A stretch of DNA of 64,000 nucleotides from Parasitella parasitica NRRL 2501. Taxonomy: Eukaryota; Fungi; Mucoromycota. The stretch is from positions 65,839 to 129,838 of the forward strand of contig MU619305.1 of the NCBI GenBank assembly GCA_025201805.1, given 5' to 3'. Below, one piece after another: positions 48,404 through 61,258 of the stretch (within the stretch, counting starts at the first letter, position 1; each line of letters begins with the position of its first letter). Made by a program: the position numbers and the translations under genes. The notes under the pieces are model-generated. The model had not been told where the DNA came from and did no database searches. It saw only the letters and a program-made list of their open reading frames with translations.

Positions 48404-50448
48404 AAACAGTGTTAAAGGAAAACCTCAGTGGAGACGATATTTTTCTTGCAAATGGGTGGAATTCGTCTTTTCGTCTCATTTTCAGATTGCTTTATGAGAA
48501 ATTTTATAAGGCTAGGATTCTGACTCTCGAGAGAGCAACGTGTATATGGTCATGGGAAAATGCAGCCTTGTTTACAGACATTGCGAAGGCAAGCCTAATA
48601 GGAAATTGACGGGAGTTTCATCAGGAGACTTTAAGCAAACTTTTGTAATAAAATATTCCATTAATATCTGACGCATAGTGTATGATTCTGATTCCAAGGT
48701 TTCAAATTAAATCTTTTATAAGCATGATTGTGGTTTACAATAACTTGATGTCATTCTTTAATACACAGAGAAAAAGACAAGACACGCTAGTTTACAGAAG
48801 TTTGTGTTGCCTCAGCCCCAATTAGACTCTCTCTGAATCTTTTTGATGGAGGCCTTTGGTCAGACACCAAGGCTAATCAAGTTCTTTTTACTTTATTGCT
48901 TGAGATGAACAGCAGAAAGGTACGCTACTTCGTATATTTGTTATCTTGCCCGTATCAAGACTAAGGAAGATTAAAGCACAATAGGATCCTTCTTGGGTGT
49001 TACGAGTTCTGTGTCCTTGGGGTCAAACGATCAAGGTAGCAAGCATTCTAGTAAATGAGTACAAAGCATCGTTGATAATTGGCGCAAACAAAAGAAACGC
49101 GAAAGTATAAAGTAGACAGTGCCCTCAACACTCATATTTTAGCTAATAACCAAGCTCATTACTTTCAACGGTATTATTATATTACTACATTGATCCTCAT
49201 ATATTATGTACTGTAACAACTAAATAGTTTATTTTTGCAAGTTAACCTTGTTTAGAATAACAAAATATAGCCAGAAAAATACAATTAGAACTGAATATAT
49301 TTATTTTGCTATTCCAAGATTGAATGAAGATTTAAACTAGTGTATGTTTTGAAGGTATTTATAGTTATTTGACAGTGCCGCAGCAATAGGACCATGATCT
49401 AGGATGAAGGATAATTGGGTACACCTTGAACCAATCCCTAGGAGCTTGGTGGATAAGAGTTTCCGAGTTACCAGTAAGACAAGAGCATAGATACGTATAA
49501 AGGATAGAATGTTGTTCCTGGAAGCTTTGATGGAAGAACATTCATCAGGATTAAACACCGACCTCAGGAACCAAATGTCATAGGATATCACCACTTTGTA
49601 CTGGGATAAAGATTCGCCATTCAAAGTTACCACTTATGTCTCTTTGCCATGTCTAAATAAAGTCATTCCATTCTACTACGCATTTCTACTCATGCTCGCT
49701 TTATGATGTATTATACAGAGTATAATACATTACCGCTAAGATTTGATCTGTATCCTAAACAAACCTCCTAAAAGGTAGTTGTTTATCAACCGGTAAACTT
49801 TGTTTTGATACAGTTAATCAATGTCCAGCAATTAAAGTGTTAAATACCTCATCTTTCTTAAAGAAGCTCTATGAAACGCTAAAGAACTATTTACTCTTCC
49901 TGACTCAAATGAATGATTTTAAATACTACAATATATACATTGCTGCAGTTATATATGATATGCTTGAAAAATCATAAATATCCTGCCTAAACCTCCCCCT
50001 TTTTCTAGTGCTTGATTTCTTTTTCACTTTCTTTCACTTTATTTTCAAAGTATTTTTATTATTTAATTATCATCTATACCACACTGATCATAAGCTATCG
50101 TAGAAACAACACTATTAATAAGTGGGACGTAGCTATATATTATATACATATTAAGCTTAAATTGTAACATCATATTAAAGCACACTACATAATAAACTTT
50201 ATTTCCTTCACAAAAAATCCAAAAAAATTTATATGTTCAAGTATCTAAATAAATTCCTATTTCACATTCCCTTCAAATTCGAACAACAAAATTAATCATC
50301 GGTGCCATTACCAGAACAACCACTGCTATATTTAGTTTCATGCATCTTTACACATCGAAATACACCTGCAATACAACGACAACAATAAATAAAACAATCT
50401 AAACTGAAGCATCGTTTACCATACCACGTATCAGAATATCCTACAAAA

Positions 50449-51098
50449 CTTGCGTGAATCAAGTCCATATACTACCTAGCTTCTATGCCATACTCACCTA
50501 CGTTACCTCTACTCTTCTTTACAGTTCCTTGAGTGCATGGTGTTTCTATACAGAGTAATTAAGAAAAAGCTGTGATTTTGTGTGAGTTTGAGTGGGAGAA
50601 AGTAGCAAATCAAAGCCTGTCTTATGCGCCATCAAACCAGGCATGATTATCGCTATCTGAGCATAACTTGGTTTCCACTGGGCAATGTCTCTATCAAAAG
50701 TTATCTGCAAAAACAGTTTTATTTTTCAAGTTTTATTATAAGTATCAGATATTTGCTCATAACTTTTTTTGCTAAAATGACCATAGAACTGAAACCTAAC
50801 TTGGAAAAGTTAGCATTGACTTGGCGCTATCTGGAAACAACATTGATATTGATCAAAACATTGATATCTATAAAGTAATCAAAAAAAAGCACAAATTTAC
50901 ATATCAGAATTGCATATAATCGATGATACGCTACGCTGCGATAAAGAGAATAATCCCGATACCTTACGTGAATGAATTCCCCCAAATACTACTACCAATA
51001 TTTTATGCAGTACTTGCCTATGTTACCTCTACTTCTCTGTGCAGTTTCGTGTTAGTGGGATGTATCTATATAGAGCAATTAGTAAAAAGCTCTGATCT
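50449..51098. repeat. Two diverged ~130-bp direct repeats about 520 bp apart
   Basis: 50449-50578 and 50963-51098 share cttRcgtgaat, gttacctctact (50502 and 51022), tctataYagagYaatta and aaaaagctStgat. Confidence 0.75.
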
Positions 51099-52342
51099 TA
51101 GGTGAATTTGCTGCGAAATATGACAATATTGCGCATAACAATATCGCTTGTCCTGTCAAAGTTTGCAGGTTTATGCAGCACATTACAGAAATTTGATTGA
51201 TCGTGAAGAAGATTCCCAATATAATCTTTCATTCGTGATTATAATCACTTACAGCAATGCATGAACTAACTATTTCAAGAAAATGAAAATGAGGACTTTT
51301 TAACGCTACTATGCATTATACAATGTATAACGAGTACAGTAGCAACTGTATACAATAAAATTTATATAGGAAAGAATACGGACTTAATTTACCAGATACA
51401 AAATACTACTGTCTATTAACAGTAGAATAAATTTACATGGATCGATCTATGAATGTAATCAGATCATGTTTGACACTCAATTGTCAAACAAGGGTATGAT
51501 ACAGCAAGAGCTATTCTTACATCAATCAGCTAATCACTATGAATGTGAATCATTCATCGATAAGTTTATCTTTGCAGTTCAAAAAATGGAAACCAAATAC
51601 TTTTGCAAGGTATTCTCTTTATTTGTATTTATTATATTAAATAATCGGTGACATTTATTCTTGGATCCGATTGGGAACGGTTGCCATAACAACTGGATAT
51701 AATACCGGTATAACGATGTGTATAAATTATGAACATCATAAAAACTCTTTTTATACATTACTTTTAATAGATACGTCGCTTAGTGGAGACAAAGTTATCC
51801 TCAGATAGCCCTGGTCATGCCCGATTTAATGACGCATAAAACAGGCTTGTATTTGGCTCTATATCGAAGATCATCAGTGATTAAATGGAATTTTGATATT
51901 ATCATTGATAGAAATACTTTTATTGTATGGTGCTGAGTTGTTGCTATGTTTTCCGGGTTTGATCTCGGATCTACTGTTCTTTTAGCAGAGATTATGGGCG
52001 AATGTCTTTTATATCTGTTGATTATGAAGAAACAAACTGATTTTATACATAAGTTTTGGCAAACACTTTGCCCAACGAACTTTAAAAATCATCCATATTG
52101 ATGATCTACATTGGCACAAAGTATGTTGTCAAGAATAAATACAAAGAAGTGATGCAACAAAAATTTTCAGTTTAGCTCACTTTTGAAGTATTTTTGAAGC
52201 TGTCATGATGCATGAATCTGTTTATTAGCACAAATCTAAAGAACAAGATTCGCAAATCAAACCTGTCATATCTTCTTGGTGTTCAAGATTTCACATCCGT
52301 TTTACTGTATCAGATTTGTTTTCGAGTGGGTATGACGATAGT

Positions 52343-54807
52343 TTATTCTTTTTTTAATTCAGATAATTCTTGAATGCGAGCTTGCAGTTTAGGCACTTCA
52401 AGTAGTTTTGCTTCAATCTATTTAATACAATATGAGCATTAAATGCTAGTAAACGATCGTGTAAATGTAACACTTACAGCATTCTTTTCTTCTTGAAGAG
52501 CTAATCTCTTTTGAGCATCTAATTTCGTGAAAACATAGCCGCCCTGGCCATCGTATTGAAGAATAAAGTTGTGATATTTCCAAAGTGATGGACGATGAGA
52601 GACAGTTAAAAGAGAGATACCAAGAGCAGTAGCGTGAGTGTACATGATTTTCTCAATGTCCATACTAACAGCGCTAGTACATTCATCCAAGATGGCATAG
52701 CGAGGGGCATGATAGAATAATCTTGCCATGGCAATCTGGAAAAATCAGGGCTGTTAATACACGTTTTCATCTGAAATGGGATGATCGCTCACACGTTGTT
52801 TATCACCACCAGATAACGCAAGCGTCCATTCTTTTTCAGTATCCCAGCCACCTTCTCTCTCGACGATATGTTCAATTTGGACAACTTGGAGAATATCCAG
52901 CAAATTTTGATCTGTTATGTTTCTTTCCTTCATCTCCTTCGTTGTATCAGGATACAGGATCCTATGTATCATTTTATAGCTAAGATTTCGGTATATCAAT
53001 GTGTTTTGTATTTAACTTACTGATCACGGAGTGTTCCCAATGAAAGATAGGGTCTCTGAGGGATGTAGAAAATGTCTCTATGGCTCGGTCGATGGACAGT
53101 ACCGCCATAGACGGGCCATAAACCACCCAAAATTCGAAACAAGGAGGACTTGCCACATCCATTAGGCCCAACGATCAAAAGGTGCATCTAACAACGAGCA
53201 GTTGAGTGACATTTCTTGTACAGCAAGCACAAAAATTGAGTAACTTACACCGGGTTTCACGTGAAAGTTCAACTTGGGGACGAGTACATCGCCGTTAGGA
53301 CTGACAATGGGAACATCCACAAATTCAATATTCTCGCTTTCAACAACGCTGCCACGGCCTTTGAGTGTCTCGGCATTAGACTCCGTTGAGCTGGAAGAAA
53401 CCAAGTTTTTCTTGTAATGGCCGGCCTTGACATCTTGGAATACCTGGAGTAAATCATTCACTCTGCTAGTGTAACCTGCCAATTCAGTAATCTCCTTGTA
53501 CGCATACATTATACGACCTGCAGCGTCGGATGAGCTCAGTAGCAAGCGACGATTTGTGACAAACCCTTCAGTGCGTCCGCCTACAGACACATCTCCAGTC
53601 AAGCCAGGCACCTTGAAGAAGACAGGCACACTGCAAAGCACCAGACCACAAGCACCCCAAAAGTACTTGATGACAAAGTCCTCCAGCATGCCATGGGGGA
53701 CACGAACTCGAAAGACACGATTTACATGGCGAATCAGGGCATAATAGCTCTTGTCTAATTCAGTCTTTTCGATTTCTTGGCCGTCAAATAGGGCGATTTC
53801 TTCTGCATTTTCAATCAGTCGGCTATGTCTGAAACGGAATTCGCCTTCCAGTTTCTGCTCTTCGGCCACCATTTTACCAAAAGAGGGCGTATAATTACGC
53901 ATCACAACCGACGATATGTTGATGATGAGAGAGCCCAAAAAGACGGCTTCAAAGCCAACGCTCCTTGTCAGTTGGTAATTGTAGATAAACACATCGAGGA
54001 TAGGCTTTGCGAGGTTTGAGTACAGTTCTGCCAATGAATTTGAAAACTTCATGGTGTCTACCGTGATACACTGGTCGGCATTTTTGATGCGATCGTCTAG
54101 GTTGCCAACGGCATAAAAGGTCATATCGGACAGGTATTGATCGTGGATATACGTAGTCAAGCGGGTACGGAATTGGATCGATAGCTTGCTCTGCATGTAG
54201 CTCAACATACTATTGGTGTATGTTGCTGGAATGGCCACAGTCATCCACCAAACGATGCCTAATACGAATTCCTTAATCTGGCCTCTGACAAGGGCACTGA
54301 CGATTCGGCCGTCGAGAGAAGCAATGTAGACTGACAAGACGGTTCTAAAGACTAGTTGCAGTGCGTGTTAGTATGATGTGCCATTTATCAGTTTAGTTTG
54401 CCCATACTCAGAAATCCAGAGTGAATGATTAGAAGCCAAAACTCCTTGGATCGGATGCCAGGCATTACGATTTGCAATAATCTGTATAGTTGCTTGAAAA
54501 ATACCATGTCCACCTTGGATGCATGTTAGAAAACGACCACGGGTGCACGTATGTTTGTATTTACCTCCACTTTTTTATTCTTATTTTTTGTGGCATCTGT
54601 CTTTTTGGATGCGGGTTCAGTGTTGCTCTTTCTAAAGGCCTTTACAAGTCGCCTTAGTGATAGTAGGGAACGAAATATGAATAAAAACAGAATAGAACGC
54701 TGTATAGAGGTGCGGTATTTCCCATAGTTCTTGACGAATCTGGAAGCATAAGGCAGCAGCGATAAACCCCACTCTTGCAATGCCAATTTGCTAAATACGT
54801 TTGGCAT
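52343..54807 (-). CDS. PXA2: Peroxisomal ABCD half-transporter for long-chain acyl-CoA, Pxa2-like
   Basis: [42 protein letters not shown] (EAA motif), [30 protein letters not shown]. Confidence 0.9.
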
Positions 54808-54933
54808 ATTAGGGCAAAACTAGGGAAACTGGAGGAAAAAGAAAAAGAAAAGGGATAGTGGAGATTGTAAAAAGTCAAGCGAGCATTTTAATATGTACGT
54901 ATAAATTCATAGAAATGCATGTGAAAATGATGC

Positions 54934-57900
54934 TCAAGGATCACATGTGTCGAGCAGAATTTGGGAAACTTTGTCTTTAAATTGAACGGGTAGCCAGGAT
55001 TGAATGCATTGTAATGAGTGCTTAATCTATTGTAAAGGTTAATTCATCGACATGTATGCCAGCACGTACAAAGAGCTCACCTGCTGCTCCAGCTGCTGTT
55101 TATACTTGATTTCTTTGTACTCTGCGTTCTTCTCACAGACACTCCAAGCCTCTAAAATACTCTCCACAATCTTCACCAGTTTATCTCCATACTGGTCCCG
55201 TTGTTTGGGTGTAGTCAATGCCAGACACGCATTAATTCTGACTTTAAAGTTTTTGCAATGGAGCAGAGAATGGATCAATGATTGATATAGAGTGTGAGTC
55301 CATGGATAGATGCCGCCTTCTTTGGGTATAAAGCCGATAGGAAAATGCGGGTTTAGCAACATGTTGCTGGTAGCATGGCAGGCATTCCATCGAACTTTCA
55401 GTGATCCCGCTTCAATGTTCTTTTCTAGTCCTTGCATGGCATTTTTCACCAATGACATGATTCTTGTATTTTCATAATACTCCTTTGGCGTAACCCGCAA
55501 TAAACTCCCAATGGCTCGAACTGCGTTTGATCGTAATTTTTCATTGTCCAGAGATCCATTAGTCGACATTTCAAGTACTTGAATCCATTCAGTAGTGGAC
55601 ATATAGTCTCTGAATCCAAAGCTTGCGTTGTTGTCGTTTTCCGATACAAGTGCATCGCACAGATTGGCAATCGCCCAGCTAGCGCGAACTCTTACCAAGA
55701 TTGTTTTGTCGTCTTTCTGCAGTAAAATCACCTTTAGCATATCTGAGAAGAATAGGGGATCATCTCTTAATGATGGAAACAAGACAAATACACCAAGTGC
55801 TCGACATGCTGCCGCTCTAACATTGGGGTCGGCATCCGACGCTAGCGAAAATATCAATGTTATTGCTAATCGCTGGTATCGATACTATTTTGCAGACAGT
55901 CAAGAATGTGCCATCGGATGAACACGTTTAAACTTACGTGGAAAGATTCAAATATGTCTTTGGACATGCTAGCAAAGCAATCACAGGCAGCGACACGCAC
56001 AGACGGCATTTCTTGGTTAGTGGCTGCTTTTTGCAGGTAGCTCTCAACGATGGTCTGCCACCACAGCACATTTTCTGGTGAGATGTCTCCCGATTCGTGA
56101 ATAGCGGTTGCATAGGACTCTATAAACTTCAGACTAGCTGCAGAGATTGGAAGGGCGCAAGTCGTGTCAACTAGTTTTTGCCACAACAATGGCATGGTAT
56201 CTTTGTAGTAGTGTTTAGTCAGTGTGGTACATGCGGGCCAAACTTCCGCTTGGGCCTCTTGGTCATCTTTTTGTTTGCTGATGGCCGGCAATATGATTTG
56301 ATCAACAACATCGTTTTGAATCAACTCTCTCAAATTGTCTTGTGGAATACTGAATATCGAAGAGACTACTTTTAAGATTGGGCCATGTAAATCTAGCCAA
56401 CAAAAACACACGTTAGTTGTAAAGACACACTCTGGCGGGAATCAAGACAATTTACTTTGCTCTTTCCAATGATCTGCAACTGCATGATATAGCCTCGGCA
56501 AATGTGATTTTGAAAGCTTTTCATACGAACAGTTTGCGACAAGCGTTGTGATGACATGCATTGTCAATGCTAAAACCTGATTTGATTGCTCTTTGCGCAG
56601 TACTTGAATAAGGCCTTGATGTAAATCTCGAATTATTGAGCCAAGATTCTCGGATAGTGATGTAAAAGAAGACTTGTTCGTGTCACTACCATTGCCGTTG
56701 AATACATGAAAATTCACCCAAATACCCACAGCATCCTACCTTTCTTGAGCCAAACTCAGATACTTTTTAGATCCATCCAACATAGATACAAGTGTGTTGC
56801 ACACTGCTGTGCGCACAGTGACCATGGGATCATACAGTAATATAGTGAAAAGCGAATATGGCTGATTGTCCGATCTAAGTAAGGGGGGCAGCTCTCCGTT
56901 GGATGCGTTATTGTTCAGAAAAATAGAAAACGTGTCAGGCAAGAATTTATGCCAATGAGGGTACAATGCTTTCGGTGTAGTCTAGATACAAAACCATCAA
57001 TGCATTGCGGTAATAAACATACTTTTGGACCTACATTAGCAATAGCAGCCAAGCAAAGCAGCGCATTGATTCTGATTTTTGCATTGTCTCTCTGTCGTCG
57101 GGGTGACAATTCTGTCAAGCTACCAGAATCTGACAATTCAGACTCTGAACTGGTAACAAGCAAAGTTGATTTATGTAGAGGAGCTCTCCATGACATTTGA
57201 AAAGGTCTATTTGCTGCCATTGGAGCAGCAGTAGATGTCGACGACTGAAGCAGTCTATTCCTTCTATTGGGAGTCGCATTTGATGGCTGCCCAGCACCAT
57301 ACAACTGCACAGTGACATGCAAAAATATAAAAGTGTATATAATCTCAACGATATCGCACAACGGGTTAGTTATCAGCGATTTATCCTGGGCTAGCAGAAA
57401 CTGCAGTGACCGCAGAGTTGAGCTGGCTACTTTTCGAACAGCTGTGTCGGCAAAATCCAACGAGGTCGAAGCAACCATGATTGTGCCTTGCGCTGTACGG
57501 TCCACTGTGCACACATTCCCCAAGAGACAGGCGTACAAATCTTGGAATAGTGGCTGTAGTTTCGTCTCTGCAGCCCCTGCGCAAGCATTGCCGATGCAAT
57601 TGATGGCCATTCGACGCACTTCCAAAGGTTTAGACGATCGATCACCCAGTGCGAGCAAAGTTTTCGCCAGTCGAGCAGCAATTCGCTGTGTGTTGTGAGC
57701 ATTTTCGAATATCAAGGCGCTCAAAGCTCGCAACAAGTCAACCTTGTGCTCATTGTCGTCATCGACAGTGTCTACGCCGTCTAGCAGGTATTTGATTGTT
57801 ACGTCAAACTGTGAAGGGCGAAAATTGGCGATTCGAATCTATCACGTATGTCGTCGATTAATGTCAAAACGATACAGATTGCATTTGCTATTACTTGTTT

Positions 57901-58212
57901 TGAAAGCTGCTTGTACAAAAACTGGCAAAATGGGCGAGATAAAGCATTCTGATGGCCTAAGATTTTGCATCCAGCAACAATTACATCGATTACTTGCTAG
58001 CCGAAAAGACAAAACATTACTAACAGGCAACGCTTTGGCTGTGTTTCTTTTTCTATTACCTGGTCTGGTATATGCTTGACGTGCTCCACTGAAGCAAGTA
58101 AATCAAAGATGGTCGCTGCACTCGTTTCCTGATCTACTAAATCTGGAAATGCCACCTGCTTATATTGATCCAGCAGTGAGTAGAATGCATCCAAACTCTT
58201 TGAATGCGCCAT
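54934..58212 (-). CDS. HEATR6: HEAT-repeat protein HEATR6 (DUF4042), multi-exon
   Basis: LYPHWHKFLPD, SLFTILLYDP..VR, SSFTSLSENLG, RAAACRALGV, KLRSNAVRAIG, KVRWNACHA, NFKVRINACLAL. Confidence 0.85.
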
Positions 58213-58383
58213 GACTATAACCGAAAAGAAGGCAGAGCAGAGCAGAGAAAAAGAGAGAGAGATACAAAAAAACAAAAAAAACAAAAACGCACAAAAACAA
58301 GAAATAATTTTTATAGCTGAGCGGACAGTCCTTGAAGAGCACAGCCAGGGCACTCACTCAGCATACATGTAGAGGTTTATTTT

Positions 58384-59516
58384 CTAGACAAGAGTTTCAA
58401 CAGCCTTTATCAGTTCTTGGAAATCGAACTCGGCAGGTGATTTATGGAACTTTTCAACGAGCTTCAACTTGTCTTCGCCCCCAGTGACATAGAACTGCTG
58501 GAGAGCAAATGCCAAAAATTGGGCATTGGCTGTGTCCAGCATGCGAGGATCGTCATTGATCTCGCCCTTCATCAGAACTATGCCCTTTGACTTCTCAAGT
58601 TCGGGGAAATGAGTCAGTGTGAGAAAAGGCCTCGCCTCAGTGCCCTTTGTCTTGTACTCTAGAAGCGAGGTAAAGTTGACTTGATGGAAATTGAACTGCA
58701 GGAAAAAGAACTCGACGCCCTCTTCACGAGGCATAGGGACTACAAACTACAGACAAACATGGTTGGTACAAGTCAATAAACGTTCAAATTTCACTCGTTT
58801 ACCACAGGATATTCTTGGCTACGCTTGTAAAGTTTATCATAGACATCACTGGGAATCACAGCGGTGATGCAGTCCTTGTTGGCATGTCCTGCATTCCAGA
58901 TTTGTGCAATATTTTCAGGTGTTTCGTTTTCGAGTAAGCTCAGCTTTACAAGTTTGTCCAATGTCTATAATCAAAATTCATCAGTGTACTCTGCATAATG
59001 TCATTAAAAAAAAAGAAGAAGGCACACATACTGGTGCTGAAGAGTCGTAAGGCAGTTGGGATTTGGCAGCAATAGTTGCAGCAGATGCCTTTTTAGTTGT
59101 TTCAGCAACGACTTTGGGCGCTACTTTTTTAGGTTGGGCCGCCTTGAGCTTTATTGCTGCCTCGTCTTTGAGCTTTTGCTTCAATTTCTCGACACTAAGA
59201 CCCTCTCTATACGAAAACACTAGGCATTTATTAAAATGCAAAAAAAAAAGCAGATGTAAATACCTCTTGGCAATCTCTTGAATCTTTTGAGCATATTTAG
59301 CCTCAAAATCAGTAACGTTGTACGCTGGGGCAGTGTAAAATCTGCCTTGCCCTACAATTTCATCAATACATCGACCCTCAGTTGCTCGAATTTTGACAGT
59401 TTACCAAGTTTTGACGGAACTGAGCATCTTTCAAGCTGGAATAGAGGATTTGAAGCCAATTTTTTGGGTGAGGCATTCAGGTTTCTGGCAATATGCCGAA
59501 AGACAGTTGAAATCAT
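58384..59516 (-). CDS. ATP11: Atp11/ATPAF1 F1-ATPase assembly chaperone
   Basis: Presequence MISTVFRHIAR; KTLDKLVKLSLL, IWNAGH, PMPREEGVEFFFLQF, FTSLLEYK, KGIVLMKGE, LQQFY. Confidence 0.9.
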
Positions 59517-59842
59517 TGCACAGTTTCTTACAAGTAATTGTTATGGACAGAATTCAGCTTTTTTTATCCAGATGGCAAATGAACATCCCAACCACCGTGA
59601 CTCGAACAAGGTTTTTAGGACTATGAAAACAATGACCCTAGTAGTCCCTCTCTGCTTTATCTGTGAGATTGCTGAAGCCTTTTCATTCTCCCTTGCTTCC
59701 TTACAATATGCTTAGACTCACAAATCGAATTGTAACGAAAAAGTAATAGTTTAATGGCACGGGAAATCTATGCCGCAATCCCTGACAATTTCTTTTTTTT
59801 TTTCGTAGTAGTACATTTGCTCGCATCGGTCACAATGCCTCG

Positions 59843-61045
59843 ATGTCTCGTTTGGTAAGCAGAGCTGTCATTGTGCACACACAGGCACCCGAGATTATAT
59901 TAACAAGAAAGTTGCAATAGCTGTCGACTAGCTTGATGAGCATGAGAAGAGTCCAGCCTTTGAGCGTCATTGCACAAAGAGCTGCAAAGAGTAACGGCAC
60001 TCGTGTGTTGGGTAATGTATCCATGGTGAACCAAATTAGCACTCGCCAGCTGAGCACCGAGGAAAAGACAGAGGCTGTCAACACCACCAGCGATTCAGCT
60101 AGAGAGCTGATCCAGCAGGCAACCCAAACGACTTCGCCAGACGCACTTGTCAATGCCGCTTCGCAGATTGGAGAATTCAAGGCGCTTGGATTATGTAATT
60201 TCACGCCTGTCGGTGGTTTGGAAGCCATGTTTGAATACATCCATGTATACAGCGGCTTGCCATGGTGGGGAACAATTGCCGTAGCTACTGTAGCTGTCCG
60301 TGTGGCGCTTTTGCCTTTGATGGTTAAGATTCAGAGAAACAACGCTAGACTGATGAACATCAATCCGGATGTCACTCGCATCATGGACAACTTGAAATCA
60401 GCACAATCGCAAGGTGACTCCTTGGCTACTGGAAAATATACACAGGAAATCCAAACACTGTTTAAAAAGAACGAGTGTCATCCCATGAAGTCAATGGGTC
60501 TCCCCTTGATTCAGATGCCTGTCATGATCTCCTTCTTTATGGCCATTCGCGCCATGGCAGAAATGCCTGTTCCCGGCTTACAAGATCAGGGCATTCTCTG
60601 GTTCACTGATTTAGCTGCTAAAGATCCCTACTACGTACTACCTGTGGTCAGTGCAGCTGGTGTTATGGCAGTTTTAGAAGCTGGTACTGAAGCTGGGGCT
60701 GCCAACCCTCAGAGCAAAGGGATGAAGAATGTGTTCCGTGCTCTTACAGTAGTCATGGTTCCATTTACTGCATGGATGCCTAGCGGTGTCTTTGTTTATT
60801 GGATCACCTCTAATTTCTTCTCCATTGGCCAGATCCTGGCACTAAAAAATCCAGCAGTTCGCAGCGCACTGAACATTCCAAAGCTCAAAAAGAAGCCTGA
60901 AGAACTTCAGAAGAATACAAAGGGCTTTATGGAAAACTTTAAAGACCAACAGAAGCATCATGAAAAATTAGAAAAGGAGCGTGCTATTCGTGAAAGACAA
61001 CAAGCTGCCGCTGCTGCGCGACGAGCTGCCAAGCGTAGATTTTAA
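59843..61045 (+). CDS. OXA1: Mitochondrial inner-membrane insertase Oxa1 (YidC family)
   Basis: MSRL|LSTS micro-exon; GLPWWGTIA..VRVALLPL, LIQMPVMISFFMAIR, GILWFTDL..DPYYVLP, VYWITSN; basic ribosome-binding tail. Confidence 0.93.
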
Positions 61046-61258
61046 TACTCTATGTAAATTCCCTTCCCCCCTCCATCACTCCATCCACCTTTATGACTAA
61101 TTAGACAAACTTTATACAAAACAAAACAAAAACAAAAACAAAATTGAATAAATGAAAACCTTGTACAGTATTTACGAATGCTGTATGGATGTATTAATAG
61201 ACGATGATGATATAATAAAGTAATAGTTGAAAAAAAAAAAAAGAAAAAAAAAAGGTAT

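Noticed and set aside
51953-51968. ccgggtttgatctcgg resembling a tRNA T-arm
   Set aside because: No acceptor, D or anticodon stems can be built around it.
54941-54953. CACATGTGTCGA shared with position ~614
   Set aside because: This copy lies in the last coding exon of HEATR6; probably coincidence.
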